From Octopus sinensis (lineage: Eukaryota): a stretch of 64,000 nt of DNA. The stretch spans positions 134,602,001-134,666,000 of the forward strand of contig NC_043001.1 of the NCBI RefSeq assembly GCF_006345805.1. Direction: 5' to 3'. The notes under the pieces are model-generated. The model was not told the origin of the DNA and searched no databases. It saw only the letters and a program-made list of their open reading frames with translations. A program made the position numbers and the translations under genes. Positions 36,634-50,970 of the stretch are shown here, one piece after another. Numbering within the stretch: position 1 is the stretch's first letter; every line of letters begins with the position of its first letter.

Positions 36634-37022
36634 CTTTCTTTCTTTTCTTTTACTTGTTTCAGTCATTTGACTGCGGCCATGCTGGAGCACCGCCTTTAAT
36701 CGAGCAACTCGACCCCGGGACTTATTCTTTTGTAAGCCCAGTACTTATTCTATCGGTCTCTTTTGCTGAACCGCTAAGTAACGGGGACATAAACACACCA
36801 GCATCGGTTGTCAAGCAATGCTAGGAGGACACACACGCATATATATATATACATATATTCGACGGGCTTCTTTCAGTTTCCGTCTACCAAATCCACTCAC
36901 AAGGCTTTGGTCAGCCCGAGGCTATAGTAGAAGACACTTGCCCAAGGTGCCACGCAGTGGGACTGAACCCGGAACCATGTGGTTGGTAAACAAGCTACCT
37001 ACCACACAGCCACTCCTGCGCC
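36634..37022 (-). mobile_element. SINE family A
   Basis: Full reverse copy. Confidence 0.9.
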
Positions 37023-39599
37023 TATATATAAAATATTGTCAATAAATATAACCATCAACCTATGAACTTTCATTAATCAAAATCTAAAACTTTTTATTTA
37101 ATGATAAAATCAATAATGGGTAAATACATGTACCGCACATAGTACATCTTTTATTGTACCCTCAGAGTTCAAAATGTCAATGGAGTCAACTCTTGATCCT
37201 CTCCTCTTTTAGATTAATAAATTAAGTAATATTTCCTGCTGTTTAGCTGCCAGTCGGTCCTAATTGAGCAGAAGACCAATAATCAAAGGCATTCCAGTCA
37301 TGACTATTTCATCATGTTTTTGTGTGTGTGTGTACCTTAATGTATCTTTCAATATATATCAATATCAACCAGTAGAGTGAAATTTGAACAAGATCTAGCT
37401 GCTATTTCTTGCATGTTGAGCCATGTAGATGCATCCATGTTAACTGGAGAGGGTATCAGCCATATACTGAGCTGATTCAATTAATTATATCTCACCCTTA
37501 CACAGTAGTGTACCCTGGGTTGTTGCAAGAAATCTATAAATAGTGAGTGCTTTAGTATAAAATCATCTTCTGTGAGAAGGTCATTCTTGTACTACCCTTG
37601 TACTACAGACTGTATTGTACTATAGACTGTATTTTAAGTCTGTTCTGTTCTTAATATTTTCCATTTTGGGTTTTTTTCTTCCTCTTTTCCAGTCATTTTA
37701 TCTTCTGTTAACAGTATCTGTAAATCATTTTTCTTTTATATCAAGTGCAAAATATTTTTTCTCTCTTCGATGGAGTCCAATTATATTTTCATAGATTTTG
37801 CACAAAGGTGACATCATCTTAAAATAATTTCTTTAAGATATAATTTATAAAGTATTTTATAAATTCATCAATGTAAAACTGGTGTAAACCAGTTGCTGAT
37901 ATGAACTATTAATAAATCTGAAAGTCTGACTAACTTCCAGGTCAAGACAACCTATGCTAAGAGATCAATTTAATCATCCGCAGCAGGCTATTAAGCTATT
38001 GTTTAGTGTATGTACGTATGTGTCAGCGTGTATGTGTGAATCTTTTAGTTGATTGTGATGGTGGCATACTTTTACAGTAAGTTATAGACTGAACTACTTT
38101 GTGCAAGTCATATGATGCCACTGAAGCTAACTACACTATATAAAGGTGCAGGAAGAATTCTCCATGGAAAATTTTAATCAGAATCTTTCTAAAACTAGTT
38201 ATGGTTGGCTAATATTACAGTAATTTATTTTATTGTATATTTATATTTGTTTTATTCGTTATTACACTTTAAGCAAGAAAAGTCTGTTAAATGATTACAC
38301 GTTGTCTGAGAAATAAGCCTGCAATTTGGTTTCAATTCTCAGTTGGAACCATCTGAATTCACAGACATCTCTAACTTGACATAGTTTTGAGATGAAAGGC
38401 ATAAATGCTGAAGAATCTGGTTAAACTTTCTTAATATATCTAATACCTTTTTTTTTCTTTGAATAATTAAGCTCAAGCTAACATACTTAATATAGGGAAT
38501 TAATTAAAATCTCTACATTAAAATGGCAACTGTTGTAAGGAGAAAGAATAATTAGATTTGTAATTGTGGTCAAGAAAGACATAGAAGACAGCCATAAGAT
38601 TTTAATTTTTCTTTCAAATTAAAAAATTAACAATGCAATAATAGTAAGGAGTGAATCTGGTATTGGCAATATGGGGAGACAATTGTGGATGTGTTCCAGT
38701 ATTATTAAACCTCTTCAGTTAGGTATAGTATTTAACAGTACCTCATTTTGCTCTTGCTTATCACAATTGGCAAATTGTACTGTCAGAATGATTGTCTTCT
38801 TGTGTATTGTCTCTTATAATTATGCAATTACAGTTTCATGTTCAGTGTTTTCGATAAATATGAAACCTACAAAACTCAACAATTTAACAATTTGTCACCG
38901 AAATCCTACCTTCTTTAAATTAAAGATATAACGATGGAAGAATAAGCATTTCATTTCTTTTTTAATTAGTCGTTGCAAAACATTGCTGCTGCTGCTGCTG
39001 CTGCAAACATGGCAATAATTTTTGTTATTGTAGAGTGCTCAGGATGAGTAAGGCTTGAAAGGAGCCTTTTCTCAACATGTCACATTTTCAGAATGTGACC
39101 CCCTTCTATTATTATAATTTCATTGATAATTAAGGTACTTATAGGAGTATTAAATCAAATCCAGTAGTTGACTGATACTTAAATGTATCTGTCAGAAAGA
39201 CGAAAGGTCAGAAGGGTCAACAATTCTGCCAATCATCTGTGAGTTAACCACAACATTTCAGGCTGAGAAAAAAATCATCAGATATATACATATTTTCCAG
39301 CTGAAATTTCATATTTTCATCCCCATCTATTGGCAATATCTATTTATAGCTGTATAGAATGAGACAATAGTAGTGTAGTGACCTAGGTTAAGGATACAGT
39401 TAAGTGCTTTTAAAAGGGAATATGAACAATTAACCTTTTACAATACTTTAAACAGATGGTTGGTGTAAAACTAGACAGGTCTTATTGCTTTAACTTACTG
39501 TCTGACCTCTAAAATATTATATTTTATCTAGAGTTTTCAGATCTGTAAATATTGATTTTAACTTCAAAGAAATAATAAATGAATTCTGTCCCTTCGAAA

Positions 39600-39752
39600 T
39601 ACAAGTACAGCTAATTTTTGCCAGCTGAGTAGACTGGAGCAATGTCGAATAAAAAAATCTTTCTCAAGGACTCATCACACTGCTGGGAATTGAACTCATG
39701 GCCTTATGATTGTGAGCTGAAAACCCTAACCACTAAGCCACACACCTTCACT
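39600..39752 (-). mobile_element. Old tRNA-head SINE (further family; relatives at ~27590-27720 and ~62820-62990)
   Basis: Minus strand GGCTTAGTGGTTAGGG...GAGTTCAATTCC...CCTTGAG...GCTCCAGTCTACTCAGCTG. Confidence 0.6.
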
Positions 39753-40632
39753 TCACACACACACACACACAAACCCTTATTTCTTTAATGTTTTAATTAT
39801 TACATGTTTTTTTTTAATTGCAGAATGGTGGTAATGGTGATGTACTTCTTTACATGAAGGTTTGTCCTATAGGCATTTTGTCCTACACGCTATCAGACCA
39901 CTGAGCCAACCTCTGCCTTTAAATTATTGTAAATTGATGTCTCAAGAAAAAGATGTGTAGGGAATAAAAAAAAAAAGGAGGACTAGGTGCCATTGTCAGA
40001 ATGGGGCCTGGTGATGGTGGGGAAGAGTGGTAGGGAGTTTCTTAGCAGAAGTAAAGTAAAACCAGCCAGATCTGAAGGTAGAAGACACTAGTTGTGGAAC
40101 AGAGAGAAGACAACATTTGTGGACTAGCAATTGGAGGTGTATTAACGACTGACTTCATACCAAGTGGTTGAGTGTCCCTTTTTTGGTTATAATCTCAGAT
40201 GTCCATGTGTGTGATAGCAGTAGGAGTGTTCAAAATGAAGGAGAAGCACTCCATTGCAGGCTTCACCTGAACTTTATTGAAGAGTTTGAAGGCACCATAA
40301 GCATACCCCAGCAATTATTTAGACCTATTGGCAGTTGTTTGCTGCTGCTATCGACTATGAGGTCAGGACAAAACTTCTCTACAACACCTCATCCCCCAAT
40401 AAATATGGATTCTCTCTCTTATTTTAATGATTTAAAAGTCTGAAAGAGAGTTATATAAAGAAACATTTGAAAATGATCTGGGATGTATACATCTAAAGCT
40501 AAAAATACAGTAGAAAAATAGTTTGTGGTATTACTTCTGGCTCTTTATGTTTCATGTTCAAATCTCACCAAGATCAGCTTTGCCTTTCATCCTTCTGGGG
40601 TTGATAAAATAAAGTACTAATCAAATACCTGC

Positions 40633-40893
40633 GGGATCACTCCGAAAAGCTCTATCTGCGACGATTTCATCTCAATCAAAGGAGAGGGGCTTTCTCCGTC
40701 TGGGTTGCGGATCCGTGGAATAAGCTGCCGGACGAGATAGTGAAGATGCCAACAACCGCTCGGTTCAAAGTCTCCCTTGACCACAAATGGCCTGAACTCT
40801 TTGCATGAACACCATCCTGTACATAACTCCATGTCCCCCTACATGGCCTTGCTTTTGGCTTTTTGAGCCAAAAGATTAACTAACTAACTAACT
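40633..40893 (+). mobile_element. CR1-clade LINE 3' end
   Basis: Close match to 14860-15117; (AACT)n tail. Confidence 0.8.
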
Positions 40894-41526
40894 ACCTAAA
40901 TTGGAATCAATTATTATTACCACTGTTATGACAACAGTGCCATGACAATGACTAACTTCTTTGTTTCACAATCCTGATGATAATGTCCATTAACTCTCTC
41001 AAGGCTTTCTTTTGTTTGTCTATTGTTCTTACCGAAAACCAAATTTGAGTAAAAAAAAAATTTTACCAAGAGAAATGTTGAACATCTGCATTTTGTGTTG
41101 TGGAAACTCTTGTTATGATAATAAAAATGAAAGTATTGTTTTCTTTCTTTTGTTTTTTCTGAAAAATTTCTGTTGAAATGCATCACAATTTATAATATGG
41201 CAATCAACAGGAAAATAGGTATTTCTGACTTTATTCTAAAGAACAGAACAGAACAGAACAGAAATTATCTAGTGCATTAAAAAATCATAATTTTATCAGA
41301 TTGTATGTTATAAGTATTGTCTATTAAGATTCTTGAAGGTGATAAGGTGGCAAAGTTGTTAGCATGCCAGACAAAATGCTTAGCAGCATTTCTTCCAGTT
41401 TTACTTTGCTTTCATCCTTTCTGGGTTGATAAAAGAAGTATGAGTAGAGCACAGGGGTTGATGTAATTGACTATCCCATATCCCACATAATTTCAGGCCT
41501 TCTGCCTATAGTAGAAAGAATATTAA

Positions 41527-41747
41527 CCCTTTCGTTACTGTATTTATTTTGAGATGCTCTGTGTTTCTTTCAATTAATTTAAATATAACAAAGAATTTAG
41601 TAAAATAACTTAGTTATCATTCAGCTTGTGTTAGGAACATAAATTGTGACTGAGGTTTTGTGGAAGATTTTAATTCAAAACGTATGAAAACAAGACATTT
41701 GTACAACAGTGCCAGAGCCGGTTTCAGCCGGGTTGGTATCAAAAGGG
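41527..41747 (-). mobile_element. piggyBac-type MITE family P1
   Basis: TTAA flanks, CCCTTT/AAAGGG ends, reverse of 6390-6613. Confidence 0.85.
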
Positions 41748-42169
41748 TTAAGATTCTACAAAAGAGAAAAGAAAAAAATGGGTATGCCTCTTCTGTTTTC
41801 CATAAATTTACAGTTTAACTTTAAAAAAAATTTTTTTTCAGATTTATGTTACATATATTATTGAAGAATCATAATCTCAAATAATTGAAATATAAATCTG
41901 AAAAAAATTTTAAAACAGAATCAAAACTGAACAGTAATCTACAATGCTCAAAGCATATGCATCCAAAGAATTACCGGGTTTTGGCACATGAGATAATTTC
42001 TGACTTTGCTCTTTAGGAATGCCAGTTTTTTATAATGGAATTCTCTCCTTATGTCAAAGCTTTCAGAAATGCAACCCTTCAGTAACAAGGGGTGTAGTTG
42101 TTTTATAAGAAGATAATTGAATTGCCCTAAAGTATCAACGAATTATTATATCATAATATTGTTTACATA

Positions 42170-42587
42170 GGCGTAGGAGTGGCTGTGTGGTAAGTAGCTT
42201 GTTTACCAACCACATGGTTCCGGGTTCAGTCCCACTGCGTGGCATCTTGGGCAAGTGTCTTCTGCTATAGCCTCGGGCCGACCAAAGCCTTGTGAGTGGA
42301 TTTGGTAGACGGAAACTGAAAGAAGCCCATCGTATATATGTATATGTATATATGTGTGTGTGTGTGTATATGTTTGTGTGTCTGTGTTTGTCCCCCCAAC
42401 ATCACTTGACAACCGATGCTGGTGTGTTTACGTCACCGTAACTTAGCGGTTCGGCAAAAGAGACCGATAGAATAAGTACTAGGCTTCCAAAGAATAAGTC
42501 CTGGGGTCAATTTGCTCAACTAAAAGGTGCTGCTCCAGCATGGCCACAGTCAAAATGACTGAAACAAGTAAAAGAGTAAAAGAGTAA
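42170..42587 (+). mobile_element. SINE family A
   Basis: Full consensus. Confidence 0.9.
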
Positions 42588-43035
42588 ATACATTCTATAA
42601 AACTTTATGATATCAGTGATAGGAGGTCTCTGCCTCAATTTGAACCTGGATTCTTTTTTCAAGTAGAAGGTTTTAATAGCAACAAAACAGAATCTTTCAT
42701 ATTAAGTGATGTCATGAAAAATCTAACCAATGACACCCAACAACTTAACACATTAACTTCTTAAACTGATATCAGCAAAAATTTAGTGAATCTGAAATTG
42801 TTGATAGAAGATCAGTCAAGCTTATGAAAAGAAAAGTAAACAATCAAGCATCTGTCAAACAGATATGATCAGACAGAACTGGACAGGTGTATGGAGGAGT
42901 GATGCACTCATGCATGAAGTTGGGCTAAGTTCAACACCAGTTGATTGGTCAGAATGAACATTCACATTCTGCAACACCCAATGACTAGACTATCAATTTC
43001 AAAATAAACAACATTTATTTACCCACCCCTCCATA

Positions 43036-43100
<65 letters not shown>

Positions 43101-43285
43101 TCACTCTATATCTCTCTTTCATTGACACAGTCCCACAATGATTTACTAAATGACTTAGGTGAGCACAGCACTCTCTTACAGAATCAAGCCACAACAATAA
43201 TCTTAATTTCTTCTATTTTCTTTTGGAATGGATATTTCCTGACTTCAACAATAAAACAGTGGACTTAAATAACAGACTAGTTTAA

Positions 43286-43504
43286 CCCTTTAGTGCTCAG
43301 ACTATTCTATCAAACATAATGCTTATTGATTCACATTGATTTTAATAAATCATGCATTATCTCATATCTTCAAGATCTTGATGGTGTAATTACTTAATGT
43401 AGAATAACATTGTAGGGTAGGTGTGAGGGCCTGGATCTGGTCAGTTTGAACATAAAACAGATTAACTATTTTGGCCGGATTTGGCCAGTTTAACTACTAA
43501 AGGG
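43286..43504 (-). mobile_element. piggyBac-type MITE family P2
   Basis: TTAA flanks, CCCTTTAG / CTAAAGGG ends. Confidence 0.8.
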
Positions 43505-43699
43505 TTAATTTTCTCTATGGATCCTTTTTATCATTTGTCAAATTGATCTCTACTTGACCGTTTACAGAACTAATGTACAAACTATATTGGAATAAAAGTA
43601 AATTAAAATGTTATAAAACCTTCCTTTCTTCCTTAGAAGACTAACCATAAAGCAACTGCTATGAAGATAGTTTGTGTATGTGATATAATTTGAAACAAT

Positions 43700-44118
43700 G
43701 GATCTTTTCGGTTTGAACAGCAGTTTTTTCTAGCGGTGTCATATGAAATTGTCACCTATAATTATGACCCTAGTATCGATCTATTGCATTTCAATCTGTT
43801 TTAGGGTTAGGGTTAGGGGTGGGGGGAAGGGTATCTTTTTTTTCTTCAGAAATGTAAATAAACCCAATCTGTTTCTTAAACGAGGGACATATTCATACGG
43901 CACAGAATGTTTTTTTTACCTCAATGGACGTAATTGATTGGTTGAAATTGCAGAAATTGAAAAAAACAACAACAAATATCTTACAAACTATAGAATTTTC
44001 TCAATAAAGCCAAGAGAAAAAGATGTTTTATAAACACATTCTACCAGTATACGAAGTTTTAAGTTTTTTAGTTACCTAGAAATTATGTTAAAAACTGCCG
44101 TTCAAACTGAAAAGATCC
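43700..44118 (-). mobile_element. MITE family M, third copy (inverted)
   Basis: GGATC TIRs; TSD GAAACAAT; GGGTTAGGGTTAGGGGTGGGGGG at 43804-43826. Confidence 0.9.
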
Positions 44119-44670
44119 GAAACAATGTCTCCTGTGTGTAAGATAGCCGTCAGCAGTTATGTTTATATGAATTTGTGTTTGGGCAGATTTCCACCAAAAC
44201 ATTATCAAAATATTCCGCCTGTTGTACTCAATGTCTTGTTTAAGTTATGTAAATGTTATTGTAATGTTTGTGTAACTATACAAATATGTCACCCTGTAGA
44301 CTATTGTCCTCCATGTATCTAATGTATTTATATTCAAGAAAAATAGATTAAGAAAACATATTTCAGCTTTGATATTCTGAGCTTTCTCTTCTGAAACCCT
44401 TTTGTATTCTGAATCCTTGCTACTTAGTGTTTCTCTACAGAACATTTTAAATGCCATTTGTGAGTTATTTGTTCCTATTTATTTGAAGCTATTATGTAGA
44501 TCTTTACTCAATTGTTAAGTATATGACTGACTTACAGGTCTATTTCCAAGAGTATATGTGAACTGTGACTGAAATAGTATTTGTTTTAGCCAACTATTCA
44601 TAGTATAGTACAGATGATAGGATGCATACTGGATCCCACAGCTGAGAAACTGACCTTTCAATAACCCTGT

Positions 44671-44948
44671 TCATCATCATCATCATCATCATCATCGTTT
44701 AACGTCCGTTTTCTGCACTAGCACGGGTTGGACGGTTCGACCGGGATCTGGGAAGCCAGGGGCTGCACCAGGCTCCAGTCTGATCTGGCAGAGTTTCTAC
44801 AGCTGGATGCCCTTCCTAACACCAACCACTCCGCGAGTGTAGTGGGTGCTTTTTACGTACCACCTGCACAGGTGCCAGGGGGGCCCGGCATCGGCCATGA
44901 TCGGTTGGAGCTTTTAACGTGCCACCGGCACGGAAGCCAGCCAAGGCG
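44671..44948 (-). mobile_element. RTE 3'UTR fragment
   Basis: (CAT)n tail plus conserved 3' end. Confidence 0.8.
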
Positions 44949-45570
44949 CTGTTCACTTAGATAAAATTAAGTATTACGCATTGGCATGTCTGTGTGATTA
45001 AGAGGATTGACTCATAACGACATTGTTTCAAGTTTGATTCCACTGCATAGCACCCTGGGCAAATGTCTTCTTCTTTAGCTTCAGGTTGACCAATACTTTG
45101 TGAGCAGAGTCTGCCAGACAGAAGCTGTACAAAAGCTTGTTGTTTATGAATTCACGTGGATGTGTAAAGCTTTCACTAGTGTATATCAGAAAAATATATG
45201 AGTATCAGTGAGAAAACTGAAAAGAACAGTGTTTTACACTCAAGATAACATGTACCATAACATGATGGTGCTTTAATGAAATGAAATCAGATTCAACTGA
45301 ATAATTTACTAACTATTTATGTGATCAACAGTTCTAACTTTATGCCTAGTAGTTATAAGTGTGCTAGGCACAGTTACTAACAGACTATGTAGTTTCCTGA
45401 TTGAGATCAAAGTAACTACAAGAATTGTATTTGTACAGAAATTTATTCTAATAAGAACAGCAAACATTGTTTGAAAAGGCTTCGATATTTATAGAAACTA
45501 CTTGTAATTACACAAAAGCCCCAAAATGTGTGGTGTTAACATAAATAAAGGGGAGATACTACTACATTAA

Positions 45571-45754
45571 CCCTTTCGTTACTGTATTTATTTTCAGATG
45601 CTCTGTGTTTCTTTCAGTTATTTTAAATATAACAAAGGATTTAGTAAAGCAACTTAGTTATCATTAAGCTGGTGACTAAGGTTTAGTGGAAGATTTTAAT
45701 TCAGGACTTTTGAAAACAAGACATTTGTATTCAGCCGGGTTGGTAACGAAAGGG
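45571..45754 (-). mobile_element. piggyBac-type MITE family P1, internally deleted
   Basis: Left TTAA plus TIR; right TIR intact but TTAA lost. Confidence 0.7.
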
Positions 45755-45774
45755 TATCTAATAGAAAGTAGAGA

Positions 45775-46735
45775 AATGAATAATAAATAAATAAATAGAA
45801 TCCCCAATAATGAGGCAGTCCGGGGTAAACTCCACACAAAAATCCTGGATTACTCTGCCATCTCCAAGGCATGGCAAAGTGTCCTCTTCCAGTTTCTTTC
45901 CCCCTGCTTAGAAAAGCATATTCAGAGTAGATCCATTCAGTCTCTTCAGTCTTGCCACTGTCAACCACCTTTTGATAAACACACTAGAAAGCAGTACCTC
46001 CCTCTCTACCCTCACCTTCCTCTTCAAATGATATTTGAAGAAATTGATGAGGACTTGACCAGATAGGAAAGTAATTGTCTTCAAACCTTTCAGATGGGTC
46101 TGCCATACAGCCTCTTTTGCCATAGCCACTAAGCAGAAAAAGATCTGCCTTTCTTCTCTGCTAAGGGAAGGTCATGCATTAATCTTCACTAAATACTCGG
46201 TAGACAGCTGAATTAGTCTTACACGCAACAGCAGCTGCTCCACACAATCCCACAACTCTCTAATGCACAGACACTGAATTATTGCATGCAGGATGGTTTC
46301 CTCCCCCCTGCAAGCACCTTGGGCAGGTTTGGCTGTTGTCACTTCCATGTCTGAAGAGCTTGTCTTGAATGGGCAATGCCCCTCTGTAGCACTGCCAAGT
46401 CAAAGACTTTTGGAAATTGTCCATGATCTTTGACTTGAAGGTCTTCTGGAAGAGACTACTCAGACTGTGCTCGTTGATTCCTAGATTCAATCCTAGGCCA
46501 TCATCATTCATACCCTCAACTAGCCCCCTAAAGAAATCTTGGGTTGTTTTCTCACTAATGTATTTGAGCAGCTGATACAATGCAGTGAGCGCCTAGCAAC
46601 ATTCTCGATGTCAAACGCCCAACCTTGGTCTACATTTGACCCATGACTGCAGCTCTATCAATGAGATGAGCTGCAGAACGACGTGTCGCACAAAAGACGC
46701 TCACACCAGTTCACCCTTATTTTCGTCATCAATAA
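45775..46735 (-). mobile_element. Tx1/L1-like LINE 3' relic (zf-RVT-type CCHC region)
   Basis: WQCYRGALPIQDKL...TCPRCLQ..., then AKEAVWQT...FFKYHLKRKVRVE. Confidence 0.65.
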
Positions 46736-46891
46736 TAAAGGATTCAGAATGGACTGAGCCTAAGGAACCACATGTGTGAATTAAATTTACCACCAAAAAG
46801 AAGAAAAAAAGCAAAAGAAAAATAGGTATAAGTCACTTAACAGACTTCTGTCAACCCAGTTTCATCCACAATGTTTTTGTCAACTCTAAGG

Positions 46892-46952
<61 letters not shown>

Positions 46953-48596
46953 ACTGAAGTAGTCATTATCCTCTTTATTGCAAGACACCTGTTTCTATTC
47001 CTCTCTCATATTCTAACCTTTATCACCTGCCTCAAAGCCATCTCCCTCAATACTACATCCCCTCAGTTGAGGAGTCTTGTCTTGCAAGCTATTTGGTGAC
47101 CTTGCTGATGCTGGTACCACATAATACGTACACAGTACACTCTGTAAAGTGGTTGGTATTAAGAAGGGCATCCAGATGAAGAAATCATGACAAAGCAGAT
47201 CTTCTGGCTTGTCAGCTCCTGTCAAACCATCTTACCCATGCTAGCATGGAAGGTGGGCATTAAATGGTGATGATGTTGATGAAGGCTATGGCAGAAGACA
47301 TTTTCCCTAAGGTTCATGCAGTAAGATTAAACCCATAAGCATTTAATGACAAAGTGACCTTAACTCACATAACCATAAGGAGATATCAATCTTCCTCAAC
47401 ACAAGAAATTCTAATGCTTTCTCTTACAAAAATCAGCTTTTTACAGGGGACACAAGATGTTTTCCCAGTTACTGTTATCCAATTCTGTGTCACATGATCT
47501 TATATCAGATATATATCACACATAGTTCTCTTCTAAAAATATATTTGGTAATATCTTGTATCCTAGACAGAAACAACAGAATTACACTCCAATTTGACAT
47601 TTGACCAAGGAAGTTGTGCTTACTTTTTTATTTGTTATACAAGGTAATTAGATTATACTTCTTCAACACTTTTATTAAAGCTAAGTATCTACTTCATTTC
47701 TAATTTTAAATGATAAAGAGATGCATTAAGTTTTGTTTTCTTCATTTTAGTACTGTTTGTGTGTTTAAGGAAACCATCTTTTAGCATATATTTAACAAAG
47801 CTGATTGAATGAATTGATAAGGAGTTGGATAATGGTTGACAGTTTGTATGCAACTCTCTCTCCATGGTTTCACATGCTATATTTCTCAAGAATACAAGTC
47901 AACATATTTTCTGGCATACAAGTCAACACAGCATATAGTGTAAACATGTAGTGCAAACATGAAATGTAAACATTCAAACATTCTTACTATCTTTTCAAAT
48001 CCTGCTGCATTTCCCATAGAAGTTTAGGTCTTCCAAAGTTGTCTTGGTATGTCAGTCAGCCGATCTTTTATGTCAGTAAATTTTGGTCTGAAAATATTGA
48101 CTTGTGTACCAGCAAATACAGTAAGTCTGTTATAGTTACTGAGACTGGTAATTGAATATAAATATTATCAATATAAAGCTGGGATATATCTAATGGTAAC
48201 AGAAGCATTAGTAGGAGTACTATATAGCTGAGCTTGTTGTTAGCTTCCAGTGTGAAGATCATGTGTTTTTCTGAGCCCAGAGACATTACCGATAAATAGA
48301 TCCAGTATCTAATCTCAGACTACATACCTACCATAGTTGACAGGCATATAATTGTCCCCATCAACCTTGATATTACACTCAAATCTAAAATGGGTGTTAG
48401 TAATTTTTAAAATTTATTTATCTACTCCAGTTTATAGTAGAAGAAATTGAGAAGAAACATAGTGTTAGTGTGTGAAACTTTTCTGAACAATCGGATAATG
48501 GTCTTTTGGTGATGACTTTATGTGTGTACATGCATGTGTGCATGTGTGATAAAAACTGAGTTGTTCTTCAACTTTATCAGTAAGTAATCTGAAGTA

Positions 48597-48914
48597 TGGA
48601 AGGTGTTTGTAAGCCATTTAAAAAACACACAAAAGCCGTTCGATTCACTTCAATATTTAAGTTTAATTTGTCAAAATATTTTCATCGCTATAAGACCGCG
48701 ACCTGTTCACTACTGCAGCACTGATTTTTGTCAGTGAATAGGTTGCGGTCTTATAGCGATGAAAATATTTTGACAAATTAAACTTAAATGCTGAAGTGAA
48801 TCGAACAGCTTTTGTGTGTTTCTTAAATGGCTTACAAACACCTTCCATGCTGCAATTGTTTTCGTTTCAGCACACGATCTCAGATCAAATCACTTGCTAT
48901 GCAAGTACATCTCC
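48597..48914. mobile_element. Penelope-like insertion containing a 257-bp palindrome with two hammerhead-like motifs (family H3)
   Basis: 13-bp direct repeat GTAATCTGAAGTA (48584-48596 / 48915-48927); arms 48594-48711 and 48733-48850. Confidence 0.7.
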
Positions 48915-50089
48915 GTAATCTGAAGTATTTTCTGGTTTTCTTATGTGCAACAAAACCACTGTATGTTAAACTCATCAATCACAGCCACTCACAAGATTGA
49001 TGGTTAACTTGATTGACAATAAAGTTTCCTCAACATTATACATGGTGTTGTTTAATGCTAGGCTTGACATGATTGAACAGATCTATGATGAAGGGTCTTT
49101 TTTTGTATATCTATGACATTGTTAATGTGTCATTTTTGAAGACAGCAGAATATGATTTGAGGAATACTTGGCTTCTATTTTCAGCAAGTCAAGTGACCAC
49201 AAACAGGCTTTTTCTCATTGGCTTATTGATTTTGTGTAATAGTGAATCATATCAATTATTTAGTTTCAGTGTTCTGAAATGGCAGAAAAGTTCCTTTGTT
49301 ATGTCTCAAGAACATTGGTTGATAGGCCACAATAGCAAGTATTGCCTTGTTAGAGACATCACATGCTAATGAAATGTACTTTGTTAGAGACATTACACAT
49401 CTCTGTATAATGTATATTATAGCAGTAAAAACAAAAATATTGTAAACTGATGTTAAGGATTAACTGAACAAGGAGTTGGTCATGGGACTTTTGGAGTGAA
49501 ATGAAGTAATTTAGCTGAGGTTTTAGCCTAAAAGGGTAATAGATTCTGTTGCATGCTATCAATCAATGACGTAGTAGCGGAAGCAAACAAGAGGCATAGT
49601 ATGTTGATAGCAAACCCATTACTAACTCCACCAGTAAAAGCAATAAAAGCACAAAAGAAGGGAGCTCATATTGATCGCTTGGCCTGCTAGAAACAGTAGC
49701 CAAATCTCTTTCAAATCATTCTCGAGTTTCTTTATAAGGAAAGACTCATTAGATTATGAAGTTCTAAATGAGAGAAAGGATGGGATGGTCACGGTTAAGT
49801 TTCAAACACCTTTGATCATTGAATTAGGTGACGCTGGGGAAGGTGAAAATATCTGATTAAGATTGTTATTCATTGCTATCAATGATTTCAAAATTATTGA
49901 TTCATTTAATGGAAACCAAACTTGTAATTTAATTATAAGTTTATAATCTAACACCTACAAGCCTGCAGAAGATAAGGTAATTAAGTAATTAACCAGAATA
50001 TTGACAATAAAGATAGCCTAACAGTGATTTAATTGTAATGATTGTTTTAAAGTTATCATTTATGGTAATACTTTGATTTGAACTCTAGA

Positions 50090-50528
50090 TCATCATCATC
50101 ATCGTTTAACGTCCTTTTTCCATGATAGCATGGGTTGGACGGTCCGAGGAGGCTGCACTAGGCTCCAGTCTGATCTGGCAGTGTTTCTACAGCTGAATGC
50201 CCTTCCTAACGCCAACCACTCCGTGAGTGTAGTGGGTGCTTTTTACGTGCCACTGGCAGAGGGGCCAGTGGAGGCTGGCAAACGACCACGATCGGTTGGT
50301 GCTTTTTACGTGCCACCGGCACGGAGGCCAGGCCAGGCTGGCACGGCCACGATCAGTTGGTGCTTTTACGTATTACCGACACGGACGCCAGTCAGGTGGT
50401 GCTGGCATCTGCCACGTTCGGACGCTGCTTTTTACACGTCACTGGCACGGGTATCTTAACTACAATATCCATTTGATTTTTATTTTGATGTTGGTGTTGC
50501 CGTACTTGACTCAATAGGTCCCCTCAAG
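50090..50528 (-). mobile_element. RTE 3'UTR element, diverged
   Basis: (CAT)n tail, conserved 3' end, degenerate repeat units. Confidence 0.75.
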
Positions 50529-50970
50529 AACAGCGAGTCACTCTACCTTTAATTCTTTAACATTTAAACCAGCCATATCCAGTTCAAATATTTTGCATGT
50601 ATTATGTTCAAACAAACCAAATCTAGCCTCTCACACCTACCCTACAATGTCATTCTAAAAAATAAGTAGTTACATCATTGACATCTTGAAGTTACAAAAT
50701 AATGCTTTATTATTTCAAAACGGTGTGAATAAATAACCATTACATCTGAATGCTAAAGGGTTAAAGCAATTTTCAGGCAAAACAATATAGACTTTTGAAG
50801 TACAGTTACAGTTTATCTGAAGACCTTCCACAGTTTCCATCTACTCAAATCCACTCACAAGTCTTGAGTCTATTTGAGGTTTTGGTAAATGTTACTTGTT
50901 CAAAACATCTAATGGAAGGATCAAAGTTGTGAGCTAAGGATTACAAAGTAAACTTCTAAACCTCTCAGCT

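Noticed and set aside
37600-37900. Decayed coding-like stretch on minus (also 39950-40440)
   Set aside because: Multiple stops/frameshifts and no motif I can name confidently; probably old retroelement debris.
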